Positions 46,487 to 55,653 of a stretch of DNA of 64,000 bases are shown piece after piece (position 1 is the first letter of the stretch; the number at the start of each line of letters is the position of its first letter). Source of the DNA: an uncultured bacterium (lineage in GTDB: Bacteria; RBG-13-66-14; B26-G2; WVWN01); NCBI GenBank assembly GCA_964563535.1, contig CAZLXP010000001.1:423-64422 (forward strand), given 5' to 3'. The position numbers were made by a program, and so were the translations under genes. The notes beneath the pieces were generated by a model, which worked only from the letters and a program-made list of their open reading frames with translations, was not told where the DNA came from and did not search any database.

Positions 46487-49273
46487 TCATTTGCTCCCTA
46501 ATATCCGCGCCAACCCCGCGGGGTCCCTGCTTATTACGAACTTCCAACGGCCAAACCCGCCGTGATGGTTAATGGCACGTTCCCAGCGTCTAGCGCCCGT
46601 TTCCTTCGCGCGGTCCTGTTCGGTCTCGAAGCCTTTTACCTCTAGGACGACGTTTATCTCCTCGTCGCCGTGGCGATATTGGATTAAGAAATCAGGCTTA
46701 TAATTATGGGTTACACCCTGGTACTCGTACGGGATGTAGAAGTCGAGCCCTTCGTTCTTGACGTACGAAGTGACCTCCGGCATACGTTCGAGTTTGAAGG
46801 CAGCGGAACGTTCCCACTTCACGTTATCCAGGACGACGTGGCTTACGTGACTCTTGGCGGTTTCAGCACAGGGCCGGACGGTCCGGAACAGGACCTCCGT
46901 CGTAGAGCCGCGCGGCCGGAACCGCTCGATCCGCGGCAATAGCGGCGTCTCGCCAGCCTCCTCATCCGGCTCGATGGCTGCGCATAGCCGGTCTATTATA
47001 TCCTGCGAGTAACGCCGTAACGCGAGCTCCTCAAGCGGCACGTCGCCTTTAACACGGACCTTCTTGGCAACGTATTCCTCCACGATGCGGAGGACTTGCG
47101 GAAATAAAAACCGGCGTGCTCCCTCGCTTAAGCTTCCGGTAATGGTCGCCGCGATCTCGAATAACGTCCGCTGGAGCCGTTGCGCCTCGTGGAATTCATC
47201 GCGGTCGTGGTCCGCCGACGTTCCCGGGCTCATTAAACCCGCAGAGCCTTCGCGCGTACCGGCGACGCCGGTTACGATTACCTCGGTCGGTTCCCGGCTC
47301 GGCTCGACGACGAGCTCGGGCAGCGCGTCGACGTCGGCCTTAACGTATCGGCGAACGTCGTAAATGTAACCCTCGACGCGCGGGAACTCGATCGCCAAGT
47401 CCGCTCTCTCGGGCAGCGCGCGTACCAACGTCGAGGGGGGCGGCGGTTTGACGTCGCCGCGTCTCCCGGCGACGGGGATAACCTGGAACGGGATACCGTA
47501 TACGTCCACGTACTCGACCGCCTCCGGGTCGCCGACTTCGTCGTAATTAGTACGGCGGAGCCCGCGCCCCACGACCTGCTCGCATAGAAGCTGTGAAGCG
47601 AAGGCGCGAATGCCTAGGATATGGGTAACGTTGTGGGCGTCCCAACCTTCGTTCAACATCCCCACCGATACGACGCACCGGACCTGTTCGCCGGGCTCTC
47701 CTACCTTGCCGACCGTCGAGACTACTTTCCGGAGGCGCTCCGCACGACCCTCTCGCGTCTCGCCCTCGACTACTTTTTCTGCCTCGTCGAGGAGCCGGGT
47801 ATCGATGCGGACCGTGGGTTGGTAGCCGTCCTCGTCCGCTAGTTCAGCGAGGATCTTACCAGACTTAATGTGTTCGGCGATTGCCTCCGACAGCTTCGTA
47901 TTGTCGCAAACAACGATGAGGGCGGGGGGCACCGGGAATTCGTCTTGGCGCCACTTCTCGAACAGCTCCTTCCACGACGACGCCAGCGTCGCGAGCGCGC
48001 CCTCGACCTCGCGCAGGACCGCCTCCGGTTTGGCGCCCCGGGCCCGGGTGCGCCGTTCGGAGGCGTGCAGCCGTTCCATTATCCAGGGCCAGATGTGGAA
48101 GTAGCGCGGGATGGGGTCGCCGGAGTCGTCGGCCACGGGGATGCGGGGGATTTTTACCAGGCCGGATTCGATAGCGTCAACCAAACCGAAGTCCGATACC
48201 ACCCACGGGAAAGGCCTCCCCTCGCGCCGGTCACCTTTGAGGTAGTACGGCGTCGCCGAGAAGTCTAAACAGTGGTTGATCCCGCGTTCGGCGTTTATCG
48301 CGTCAAGACCGCCCACCCACACCGTCGCCGTGCGCTCCTCCTGCTCGACCTCTTTGCGCTCCGCCGCGGTCATCTGGAGGAGCTTCTCTTGTTTGTCCTC
48401 CGGCCGCGGCGCTGGCCGGTAGGCGTGGTGGGCTTCGTCGTTAACGACGAGGATATTCTCTTTTCGGCCGAGGCCCTTGAGGACGCGGTTCACAAACGCC
48501 CGGTCGCTCTCCCGGCCGCGCTTCACGACGCCGCGCTTGTCGGTATCGTCGTCGCGGAGGAAGAGATGCCAGTTCGTCACGAGGTAGCGGCCTTTGCCCA
48601 ACACCTCCAGGTACGAACGGGGGACTAAGTCGAAATGCTCGTAGTAGTTGCTGTCGTCGGAGGGGAGGAGAACTTGAAGCCGCTCCTTGATCGTGAGGTT
48701 GGGGCAGACGACGAGGACGGCGTCGGAGAAGCGGCGGTCCTGGCGGTTGAAGACCTTGTTCAACACGGACCAGGCGACGAGCATCGCCATTACGACGGTC
48801 TTGCCGGAGCCCGTAGCCATCTTGCAGGCGTAGCGCGTAAGCGCGCGGTATCCTTCCTCGAGCGGCACGTCCGGCGGGATGCCGAGCGTCCTGCCCCGGT
48901 CCCCGGCGACCTCTACGAGCCAGATGACCGTCTCCGCGGCCTCGCGCTGGCAGAAGAACAGGCGGCGCTCGCGTTCCGTCGGCGGCCGGTTCCAATATTC
49001 CAACAGCTCCCGCGTTACGCGCGTGACGCCCGGGTAGCCGGCGGCGCGCCACTCGCCCACGAGCGTGCGGACGTGGTTGGCGAGGTCGAGGCCGACGAAC
49101 TCCTCCGCGGCCAAAGCGCCCGCCCGAGCGGCCGTTCGGGGGTTGTAGTAGTAGCCGGCGGGCCGCCGGCCCTTGACCAACTCCGGGCCGCCCTCGCCGA
49201 AGACGTAGTGTTGCCTCGGCTCCTCGAACGGGTCGTTGATAATCGGCTTATCGACGACGTTTCTCATTTGCAA
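46487..49273 (-). CDS. res: Type III restriction-enzyme Res-like subunit (SF2 DEAH helicase + C-terminal nuclease region), 928 aa.
   Basis: Walker A in CKMATGSGKTVVMAMLVAW; DEAH box in VVNDEAHHAY; helicase C motifs (VGMLNEGWDAHNVTHILGIRAF). It lies in the same operon direction as a beta-class methyltransferase upstream. Confidence 0.6.
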   Translation of the reverse strand: MQMRNVVDKPIINDPFEEPRQHYVFGEGGPELVKGRRPAGYYYNPRTAARAGALAAEEFVGLDLANHVRTLVGEWRAAGYPGVTRVTRELLEYWNRPPTERERRLFFCQREAAETVIWLVEVAGDRGRTLGIPPDVPLEEGYRALTRYACKMATGSGKTVVMAMLVAWSVLNKVFNRQDRRFSDAVLVVCPNLTIKERLQVLLPSDDSNYYEHFDLVPRSYLEVLGKGRYLVTNWHLFLRDDDTDKRGVVKRGRESDRAFVNRVLKGLGRKENILVVNDEAHHAYRPAPRPEDKQEKLLQMTAAERKEVEQEERTATVWVGGLDAINAERGINHCLDFSATPYYLKGDRREGRPFPWVVSDFGLVDAIESGLVKIPRIPVADDSGDPIPRYFHIWPWIMERLHASERRTRARGAKPEAVLREVEGALATLASSWKELFEKWRQDEFPVPPALIVVCDNTKLSEAIAEHIKSGKILAELADEDGYQPTVRIDTRLLDEAEKVVEGETREGRAERLRKVVSTVGKVGEPGEQVRCVVSVGMLNEGWDAHNVTHILGIRAFASQLLCEQVVGRGLRRTNYDEVGDPEAVEYVDVYGIPFQVIPVAGRRGDVKPPPPSTLVRALPERADLAIEFPRVEGYIYDVRRYVKADVDALPELVVEPSREPTEVIVTGVAGTREGSAGLMSPGTSADHDRDEFHEAQRLQRTLFEIAATITGSLSEGARRFLFPQVLRIVEEYVAKKVRVKGDVPLEELALRRYSQDIIDRLCAAIEPDEEAGETPLLPRIERFRPRGSTTEVLFRTVRPCAETAKSHVSHVVLDNVKWERSAAFKLERMPEVTSYVKNEGLDFYIPYEYQGVTHNYKPDFLIQYRHGDEEINVVLEVKGFETEQDRAKETGARRWERAINHHGGFGRWKFVISRDPAGLARILGSK

Positions 49274-49321
49274 CTAGTAAGGGGTTTACCGGTATTTGTT
49301 CTTGGGCCTATTAAGCCGTTC

Positions 49322-49360
49322 GTGAGCCCATTATGAGCCCATTGAGCCCATTATGAGCCC
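49322..49360. repeat. Short tandem repeat (GAGCCCATT[AT] x about 3.5) in the res upstream region.
   Basis: gtgagcccattatgagcccattgagcccattatgagccc. It lies 50-90 nt 5' of the res start on the minus strand and overlaps the last 3 codons of the AlbA_2 gene. Confidence 0.7.
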
Positions 49361-50745
49361 TTTAAGGAATATTTAGTCCCGCGGCCGGTCGTACCTTCTT
49401 TCTTTAAAACGCCCTTTGCGACGAGGTCTTCCAAATCCCTTGTAGCCGTTGCTTTAGCTACACCGTACTTCGTTTGGTAGGTTTTATTGTCGATACTGCC
49501 TTCGGTTTTGACGAACGCCACGCATTTAATCTGTCGTTCTTTAAGCCCCAGAGATTTTAAGTGGTCGGCCGTGAACGGGTCTTGTGAAAAGAGGGCATTA
49601 AAACCGCCGTTGTCCTCGGAAAAAAGAGGTTCCGGGAGGCCAACCGAACGACACGCTTCAATCATCCTGGTCGTCCCGGTGCCCCACCGTTCAATAAAAC
49701 CCGCGAAATGGAACGCCTGCGCGAGCAAAGGGTTGCGGGGCATAGAAGGGTGACCGGGACGCCGTAGGTCATCGATTGTAATACCGGCAGGCAAGAAGCC
49801 GGGGTTCCAAATCTCCAAGCGGTCTTCGTAAAGGCGGATTTGTATATCGCCAGCGGCGGCGTAATCTCGGTGAGCCAGGGCGTTCAAAACCGCTTCTCTT
49901 AATGCTGGGAGCGGGTATTCCCAAACTTCGTCACGGCGAAATGCTTCCGCGGATAATTCAGACGTGTTTACTGCGCTTACGTTTTTAAGGTTTGCGTGGA
50001 ACCATTCGGTTACCCGTTCGATTTGCACCCAGAGGTTTCCCGTTATCGTCTCGTCGTTTTGTACGCCTCCCGCGACGAACCGGCCGATATGGACCGTCGC
50101 ACCAGGGATATAAATTTGGGGGTTATCGGTAAAGAGAAGGACTCCTGCGTGGTTCAACTGCCCATCTCTAATTAGCGTAAGGTTCCCCAGAATTGTATCG
50201 GTTTCCACCACCGCCGCGGCCGGCATACGGTCCCAGGCGTACCTTCGAAACGAGTCTATGGCAACGGCACTTATACGGTCCGGGTTAATCCCAGACGGTA
50301 AGCTATCCCACGTCGGGCCGTAAAGAGAAAGTAATTTCGCGGCGATTTCTTCGGTCGTCATCAACCGCGTCGTGTTACCTACCCTTTTATAATACCTCCC
50401 CTGGTAGGAGATTAAAACTGAAGACGCCGCGACCTCGATTTTGAATACTACCGAGTCCCCATAAAATAGGCGTTCTACACTCGGATTTAAACCCAAAGCG
50501 CTTATCTGGTCCATCATAGCCGAGAAATCGCGGTCCGATAAGGTAATACCCTTAATAACACCTCGGACGTCAACCCCTAAATACAAAGCGCCGCCGCGGG
50601 TGTTCGCGAAAGCCGCGATCGTTTCTAATCCCGCATCGTTCCACGATTCCTTGAATTCGGTAGTCTCGTCTTCGGTTAACCCGATATTAACCATTGATTC
50701 CCTTACCAATCCGTACCCTCTCGCGTACCGAAGCAGAAGTGCCAC
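49351..50745 (-). CDS. AlbA_2/Schlafen-like DNA-binding domain protein with a C-terminal HATPase_c_4-like and winged-helix region (COG2865-type, often labelled RecG-like transcriptional regulator).
   Basis: N-terminal TEDETTEFKESWNDAGLETIAAFANTRGGALYLGVD is the AlbA_2 signature. It is 464 aa and inserted between mod and res. Confidence 0.6.
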   Translation of the reverse strand: MALLLRYARGYGLVRESMVNIGLTEDETTEFKESWNDAGLETIAAFANTRGGALYLGVDVRGVIKGITLSDRDFSAMMDQISALGLNPSVERLFYGDSVVFKIEVAASSVLISYQGRYYKRVGNTTRLMTTEEIAAKLLSLYGPTWDSLPSGINPDRISAVAIDSFRRYAWDRMPAAAVVETDTILGNLTLIRDGQLNHAGVLLFTDNPQIYIPGATVHIGRFVAGGVQNDETITGNLWVQIERVTEWFHANLKNVSAVNTSELSAEAFRRDEVWEYPLPALREAVLNALAHRDYAAAGDIQIRLYEDRLEIWNPGFLPAGITIDDLRRPGHPSMPRNPLLAQAFHFAGFIERWGTGTTRMIEACRSVGLPEPLFSEDNGGFNALFSQDPFTADHLKSLGLKERQIKCVAFVKTEGSIDNKTYQTKYGVAKATATRDLEDLVAKGVLKKEGTTGRGTKYSLKGS

Positions 50746-50814
50746 GCCGGCTCCTCGAAGGGCGAGTTAATGATGGGTTTATCGACGCCGTTGCGCATCG
50801 CGATATCCGCGTTA

Positions 50815-51714
50815 TTAGTCTCTAAGCCACGTTTCAAATACGGCGGAAAGAGTTTCGACGTGCTCATCAACCATCTGTTTCGCTTCGTCTTTCTCGCCGG
50901 ATTTTAATCGGTCCAATATTTCGTAAAACCATATCTTAGAACGCGCTATTTGAGCAGCGAAATACCAAGCCCCTTGGTTAAAAGATTCGGGCAAAACCCC
51001 GTATTCCAAGGATTTGGTGACGATATTTCTTCTTGCTTCCGCATCTTTTTTAGGTTTAGGCACGCTCGATATTTCGCTTATACGTCCGATCCAAATATCC
51101 ACCGGTTGAAGGAGTTCTCTATTAAGGACGTTTTCGCACTGACCGACTTCTTCGAATAGCCCGTAATAACTGGCAACATCTCTTAAAAAAAACGAAGCGA
51201 TTTTCTCGCCGACGCCGTTCACACCAATAATCCGCTGAAACGCGTCTTTTATTCTACGTTGTTCTATCTGCGTTTTCGCATAACCTATTATTGTCTCTTT
51301 GCCCTCTGGGCCGAAGCGTTCGATTACCGAATCTTGGATCGTTTTATATTCACCTTTCTTAGTTACGTACTTCGTATTCTTTGGGGCGAGCGGATTGGCT
51401 TTAACATTCGCCCGCGGTTCTTCAGTTCCTGGTTCCTGGAAACGCGCCAACTTTTTAATATATTCCCGCCAGATCGCATCCGTCGTTAAATCCGGCGCCC
51501 TTAATACCGTTTCCGCCGCAGCGTAAGCGTAGTCACGAGCCGCCCCTTGTCGTTCGTACGCGTAACCCCATAAGAAAATGGCTAGAGCCTTCCTCTTATC
51601 TTGGAGCGGTTCATCTTTGTTAGTAACGTAACGTCCCCACGTAGGAAACAGGTACCTCGCCCGGTATAACCGCCCTACATCTGCGAAAAACTCGAATAAA
51701 TCCCTTTCGCTCAT
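50815..51714 (-). CDS. Hypothetical protein with a helix-hairpin-helix-like motif (299 aa).
   Basis: IIGVNGVGEKIASFFLRDV resembles an HhH (L..I.GVG...A) element. The rest is unassigned. Confidence 0.35.
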   Translation of the reverse strand: MSERDLFEFFADVGRLYRARYLFPTWGRYVTNKDEPLQDKRKALAIFLWGYAYERQGAARDYAYAAAETVLRAPDLTTDAIWREYIKKLARFQEPGTEEPRANVKANPLAPKNTKYVTKKGEYKTIQDSVIERFGPEGKETIIGYAKTQIEQRRIKDAFQRIIGVNGVGEKIASFFLRDVASYYGLFEEVGQCENVLNRELLQPVDIWIGRISEISSVPKPKKDAEARRNIVTKSLEYGVLPESFNQGAWYFAAQIARSKIWFYEILDRLKSGEKDEAKQMVDEHVETLSAVFETWLRD

Positions 51715-51812
51715 ATCACCTCCGCTAACTCCACAACCTTAATAACCTCGTTACCGCGGAAGTCGATGACCTTCACGGCGACGCGGCTGTGCTCGCCCGG
51801 GTGGAAGGGCGC

Positions 51813-54425
51813 CTACTTCGTGCCGCGCATCCGGGCGAAGGCCTCCTCGTCGATGACGCCGCGCAGCGCCCGGCTGAGCTTGGCCCACGGGTTCTCGCCG
51901 CCCGGGAAGAACGCCTGGCAGACGCAGAAGGTCCGGCCGTCGTAGTCGTGGTCCAGGAACCAGGCGGCGACGTCCCGGCCGCGCGAGGACTTGACCTCGC
52001 CGGTCGTCGGGTCGTAGGTATCGACGCCGCGGAGCTCGGCGACCCAGGTCTTGCCGTGGCTGGCGTGCACGGCCACGTCGGGCTGGCCGAAGACGGTGAA
52101 GAGCTGGCTGCCGCGCGTCGTCTTCAACAGGTCGCCGACGAGGACGTCCGGGCAGACGTTCGCGAGCTCGAGGCGGAGGCCCGGTCGCGGCCGGCTCTCG
52201 ACGAAGGTCGTCACCTCGGCCTCGAAGCCGAAGCCCGCGAAGACGAGCAGGCCGTAGCCGCCGGCCGCCGCCTCGCGAATCGCCTCCTCCACCTGCTTGA
52301 ACGTCACCGGGCCGTAGCGCGGGCCGAAGGAGAACGCGACGAGCTGTTTGTCGCCGTTCACCGCCACCTCGGCCCCGGCGTGCAGGAAGCCCCCCGACTT
52401 CACCGCCCTTATCCCCGGAACGTCGAGCTTCTTGCCGCCGGGGAAGGTGACGCCGTCGCGGCGCAGCAGCTCGACGAGGGTGGCGACGTGGTCGCCGGCG
52501 GGGTCGGCGACGCGGCCTTCACCGCGGCCGCGCCGGCTCAGGTCGTCGTCGCGCTCACCCGGCGCCAGCGCCCCCTCGGGCACTTCCGCGCCGGCGGGAA
52601 CGGGGATGCCCTCGACGGTGAAGGGGCCGGCGACGCGGACGACGTTCCTCTCAACGTCGGGTTGGTCGTAGAGGGTCTCCTGCGGCGCGGCTCGAGCGAT
52701 CTCGTCGTCGATGGCCTGCTGGCGTTTGCGCCGGCCGGCCCACCACTTCTTATGGAGTTCTTTGGCCTCCGCGGGCCAATCCGCCGCGGCCTCGCGTGGG
52801 ACCTCCCACTCCTCCCACTTTTGCCCGAGGGCTTTATTCAACTCGAGGCGGAGGGGCTCGAGATCGAGCTGGTGCTCCTCGTAGAGCTCGTCTATCCGGG
52901 GGTTCTGCGCGATGGACTTGAGCGTGACGTGGGGTACGGCCTTATAGACGAAGCCGCCGCGCGGGCCCTGGTCCGCGTTCGCGAGCTTGTAGTAGTCGTA
53001 GCGGGCGGTGAGGAGGCGCTGGCGCGCGAGGTTGAGGGCGACGTGGGAGGTGTCGCAGGTTATCCAGCGGCGGCCCCACTTCTCGGCGCACCAGGCCGTG
53101 GTGCCGGAGCCGCACGTCGGGTCGAGGACCAAGTCGCCGGGGTCCGTGGTCATCAGGATGCAGCGTTCGATAACTTTAGGAGCTGTCTCTACGACGTACA
53201 ATTTCTGGGCTACGTAGGTACTTACGACTGTATCGGCCCAGTAATTTGTAAAACTTACTAGCGGGAAATCGCTCAAATAACTTTTATAAGCAAGCGTATT
53301 ACCGGCGACGTAGAGCCTATTAGCAAGGCCTAACCGGTCTAGGCCTTCTTTTGTAGTTTTCCAATGGGCTTTCGTAGGGCAATTGAATTCCATTTTTAAA
53401 AAACGATAGGGCTTAGAGCCTTCCGTTGTCGCGCCAGATGAAAAAAGGCTATCCGCGTTAAAACGTTTCAACTCGGTCTCTTTATCATCAGACTTATCTT
53501 CTTTCGTTAATCTCCTAGCGATCCCCGGCGCTTCTTCTACCCAAGTATAAGCGCTCTCAACGGTCCTAACAGCTTTAACCGAAAACAATTCGCGATATTT
53601 GAGAGAACTCATATCCCTAGAATACCAAAGAAGGAAATCAAAAACCGTATCGAGGGTCCGAGACCCTTTCCCGGTAGTTGTTATAAACGATATAATGCAA
53701 ACGAAGTTGGCTCTTCCGAAAACCTCGTCCATTAGCTCCTTAACGTAATGGATATTTTCGTCGCTAATCTGCACGAAGATGGAGCCGGATTCGGCGAGGA
53801 GGTCGCGGGCGAGGAGGAGGCGGTCGCGGAGGTAAGTGAGGTAGGAGTGGATGCCGAGGGTCCAGGTGTCGCGGTAGGCCTTGATCTGCTCGGGCTCGCG
53901 CGTGAGCGAGGCGTCGTCGCCGTCGCGGACGTCGCGCGAGGCCAGCGACGGCTGGAAGTTGGAGTTGTAGCCGACGCCGTAGGGCGGGTCGACGTAGATC
54001 ATCTGGACCTTGCCGGCTATCAGCTCGCGCTCCAACAGCGAGTTCATCACCACCAGCGAGTCGCCCAGGACGAGGCGGTTGGCCCAGTCGACGTCGTGCT
54101 GGTAGAACTTTACGGCGTCGCCCAGCGCCAGCTCCTCCGCGGCGAAGAGGTCGCGCTGGACGTCCTCGCGCGCCGCCGCCCGGAGTATCGCCTTCGAGCT
54201 GACGCGCTCGTGGATGTGCAGCGGGACCGTGTCCACCGCGAACGAGAGGTGCTCGGCCTTCCCGGCCCACACGAGCTGGGGGTCGAGGTGCGGGTCGTAC
54301 GCGTACGTCTTGCGCTCCGGCGCGTACGCGTCGTAGCCGGCCAGGCCGGCCTCCGGGTTGTTGGGCCGCTTCTCGTCGTGGCGGTAGTCGTCTATTTCGA
54401 CGTCTTTCTTCTTGCGGCGGGGCAT
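51813..54425 (-). CDS. mod: Beta-class N6-adenine/N4-cytosine DNA methyltransferase, Type III Mod-like, with an extended C-terminal domain (870 aa).
   Basis: Motif IV IYVDPPYGVGYN precedes motif I LVLDPTCGSGTTAWCA, which is beta-class order as in Mod proteins. It is upstream of, and co-oriented with, res. Confidence 0.65.
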   Translation of the reverse strand: MPRRKKKDVEIDDYRHDEKRPNNPEAGLAGYDAYAPERKTYAYDPHLDPQLVWAGKAEHLSFAVDTVPLHIHERVSSKAILRAAAREDVQRDLFAAEELALGDAVKFYQHDVDWANRLVLGDSLVVMNSLLERELIAGKVQMIYVDPPYGVGYNSNFQPSLASRDVRDGDDASLTREPEQIKAYRDTWTLGIHSYLTYLRDRLLLARDLLAESGSIFVQISDENIHYVKELMDEVFGRANFVCIISFITTTGKGSRTLDTVFDFLLWYSRDMSSLKYRELFSVKAVRTVESAYTWVEEAPGIARRLTKEDKSDDKETELKRFNADSLFSSGATTEGSKPYRFLKMEFNCPTKAHWKTTKEGLDRLGLANRLYVAGNTLAYKSYLSDFPLVSFTNYWADTVVSTYVAQKLYVVETAPKVIERCILMTTDPGDLVLDPTCGSGTTAWCAEKWGRRWITCDTSHVALNLARQRLLTARYDYYKLANADQGPRGGFVYKAVPHVTLKSIAQNPRIDELYEEHQLDLEPLRLELNKALGQKWEEWEVPREAAADWPAEAKELHKKWWAGRRKRQQAIDDEIARAAPQETLYDQPDVERNVVRVAGPFTVEGIPVPAGAEVPEGALAPGERDDDLSRRGRGEGRVADPAGDHVATLVELLRRDGVTFPGGKKLDVPGIRAVKSGGFLHAGAEVAVNGDKQLVAFSFGPRYGPVTFKQVEEAIREAAAGGYGLLVFAGFGFEAEVTTFVESRPRPGLRLELANVCPDVLVGDLLKTTRGSQLFTVFGQPDVAVHASHGKTWVAELRGVDTYDPTTGEVKSSRGRDVAAWFLDHDYDGRTFCVCQAFFPGGENPWAKLSRALRGVIDEEAFARMRGTK

Positions 54426-54465
54426 AGGGGGACCTCTTTTATTCGGACCGCTACTAGAAAGGGTT

Positions 54466-55296
54466 TTACGTTCCGGTAGACGAAGTAGATTCCGCTAAAT
54501 ACGCCCTAGTAGTCAGTAAAAAATCTACTATGGAATTAGTGATCATAAGTATAACGCAAACGGGTATTAATCCTAATTGGTAAAATATGAAAATAAATAA
54601 GGCGTGTATTCCATTATTCCATATCCACACGGTGTAATGGATTGCTTTAGAACGTATATCGACTATAAATAACCATATGGAATTGAATATTAGAAGGGTT
54701 ATTACTAACCTTAAAAAAACCGCGAAATCGCCGAAAGCCGAGCCGCAGATATTGAAAAAAATAAAACCGTGCAACATAAGGAACAAAACATCAACCCAAA
54801 TCGAAAGTTCTTTTAAGCCCTGTTTCGAGAAAATCCTCGGAGTACTTTTAGGCTTAGTGTTACCTAACGAGTCAACTAAAGGTTTTATATTGCAAACCGG
54901 AGCGAATGCGAACCTAACGAGAAATAAAGTACACACTATTAACGGCCACAAATTAAAAACTACGTTAGATAAATAACCCAAGACTGCTGTTAAGGTAACC
55001 GAAAGCGCCTCTTTGGGGGAGTACAACCTTAATTCTAAAATTTCGTAAAAACCCCCTTCTTTATTAGCATCTTCGATTACTGTTTTAAAACCATAAACTA
55101 GGAATATCGAATATAGTATTTCCAGTACTCGAATACACGAATTATAATTCGGCGGGGATGTCCGTTCTTTTAACCCCATAATCGCTATTAATATTGCCCG
55201 TATCCCGTGTCCTGGTCCCGTAGCCGGTGGATTATTGTTACTAGCTTTCCTTCGAGATCGAGCGCCGGTTTTTTTATCTTCCCCTTTTTTCTTCAT
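54466..55296 (-). CDS. Low-GC polytopic membrane protein of unknown function (276 aa).
   Basis: Lys-rich N-terminus, then at least 6 hydrophobic helices (IRAILIAIMGL, LEILYSIFLVYGF, VTLTAVLGYLSNVVFNLWPLIVCTLFLV, IWVDVLFLMLHGFIFFNICG, FAVFLRLVITLLIFNSIWLFIV, HALFIFIFYQLGLIPVCVILMI). Confidence 0.45.
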   Translation of the reverse strand: MKKKGEDKKTGARSRRKASNNNPPATGPGHGIRAILIAIMGLKERTSPPNYNSCIRVLEILYSIFLVYGFKTVIEDANKEGGFYEILELRLYSPKEALSVTLTAVLGYLSNVVFNLWPLIVCTLFLVRFAFAPVCNIKPLVDSLGNTKPKSTPRIFSKQGLKELSIWVDVLFLMLHGFIFFNICGSAFGDFAVFLRLVITLLIFNSIWLFIVDIRSKAIHYTVWIWNNGIHALFIFIFYQLGLIPVCVILMITNSIVDFLLTTRAYLAESTSSTGT

Positions 55297-55480
55297 ATTT
55301 ATTACCTTCCCGAAAAACCCATTAACTCGAGGTGATAAAAGCTAGATCTGTAGGGATAATATAAATGACCCATTCTAAACGCGAACTCCTCTCCGTTTAA
55401 TACTCCGGTTCAACGCTGAACAGCGGGAGGAGGTCGCCGATGAGCTTGTGCTCCAAGTAGAACCCCGTAAATAAACCGAC

Positions 55481-55603
55481 CGCCCCCGGCCTGCGCCGGC
55501 GGGCGGCATAGCGGAGTTGCCTCCGGTCTTTTTCGCGTTCTCGCTCTCGAGCCTCCCTGATTCCATATCCTCATTTTAATCGCCGCGGCGGCCTAAGTCA
55601 AGG
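55481..55603. repeat. Direct repeat, left copy (about 123 bp). Its partner is at 62200-62327.
   Basis: cgcccccggcctgcgccggcgggcggcatagcggagttgcctccggtctttttcgcgttctcgctctcgagcctccctgattccatatcctcattttaatcgccgcggcggcctaagtcaagg is about 85% identical to 62200-62327 in the same orientation. Confidence 0.7.
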
Positions 55604-55653
55604 TATTACGGCAGGAGGTCGGGAATACTATGTTTACGATAATTGGCAAAGTA

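Noticed and set aside
51789-54479. Large plus-strand ORFs (51789-53261, 53748-54479, 48272-49336) across the mod/res region.
   Set aside because: They are antisense to genes with unambiguous MTase/helicase motifs. Their composition (Arg/Gly/Ala/Pro-rich) and lack of start context indicate GC-bias artefacts.
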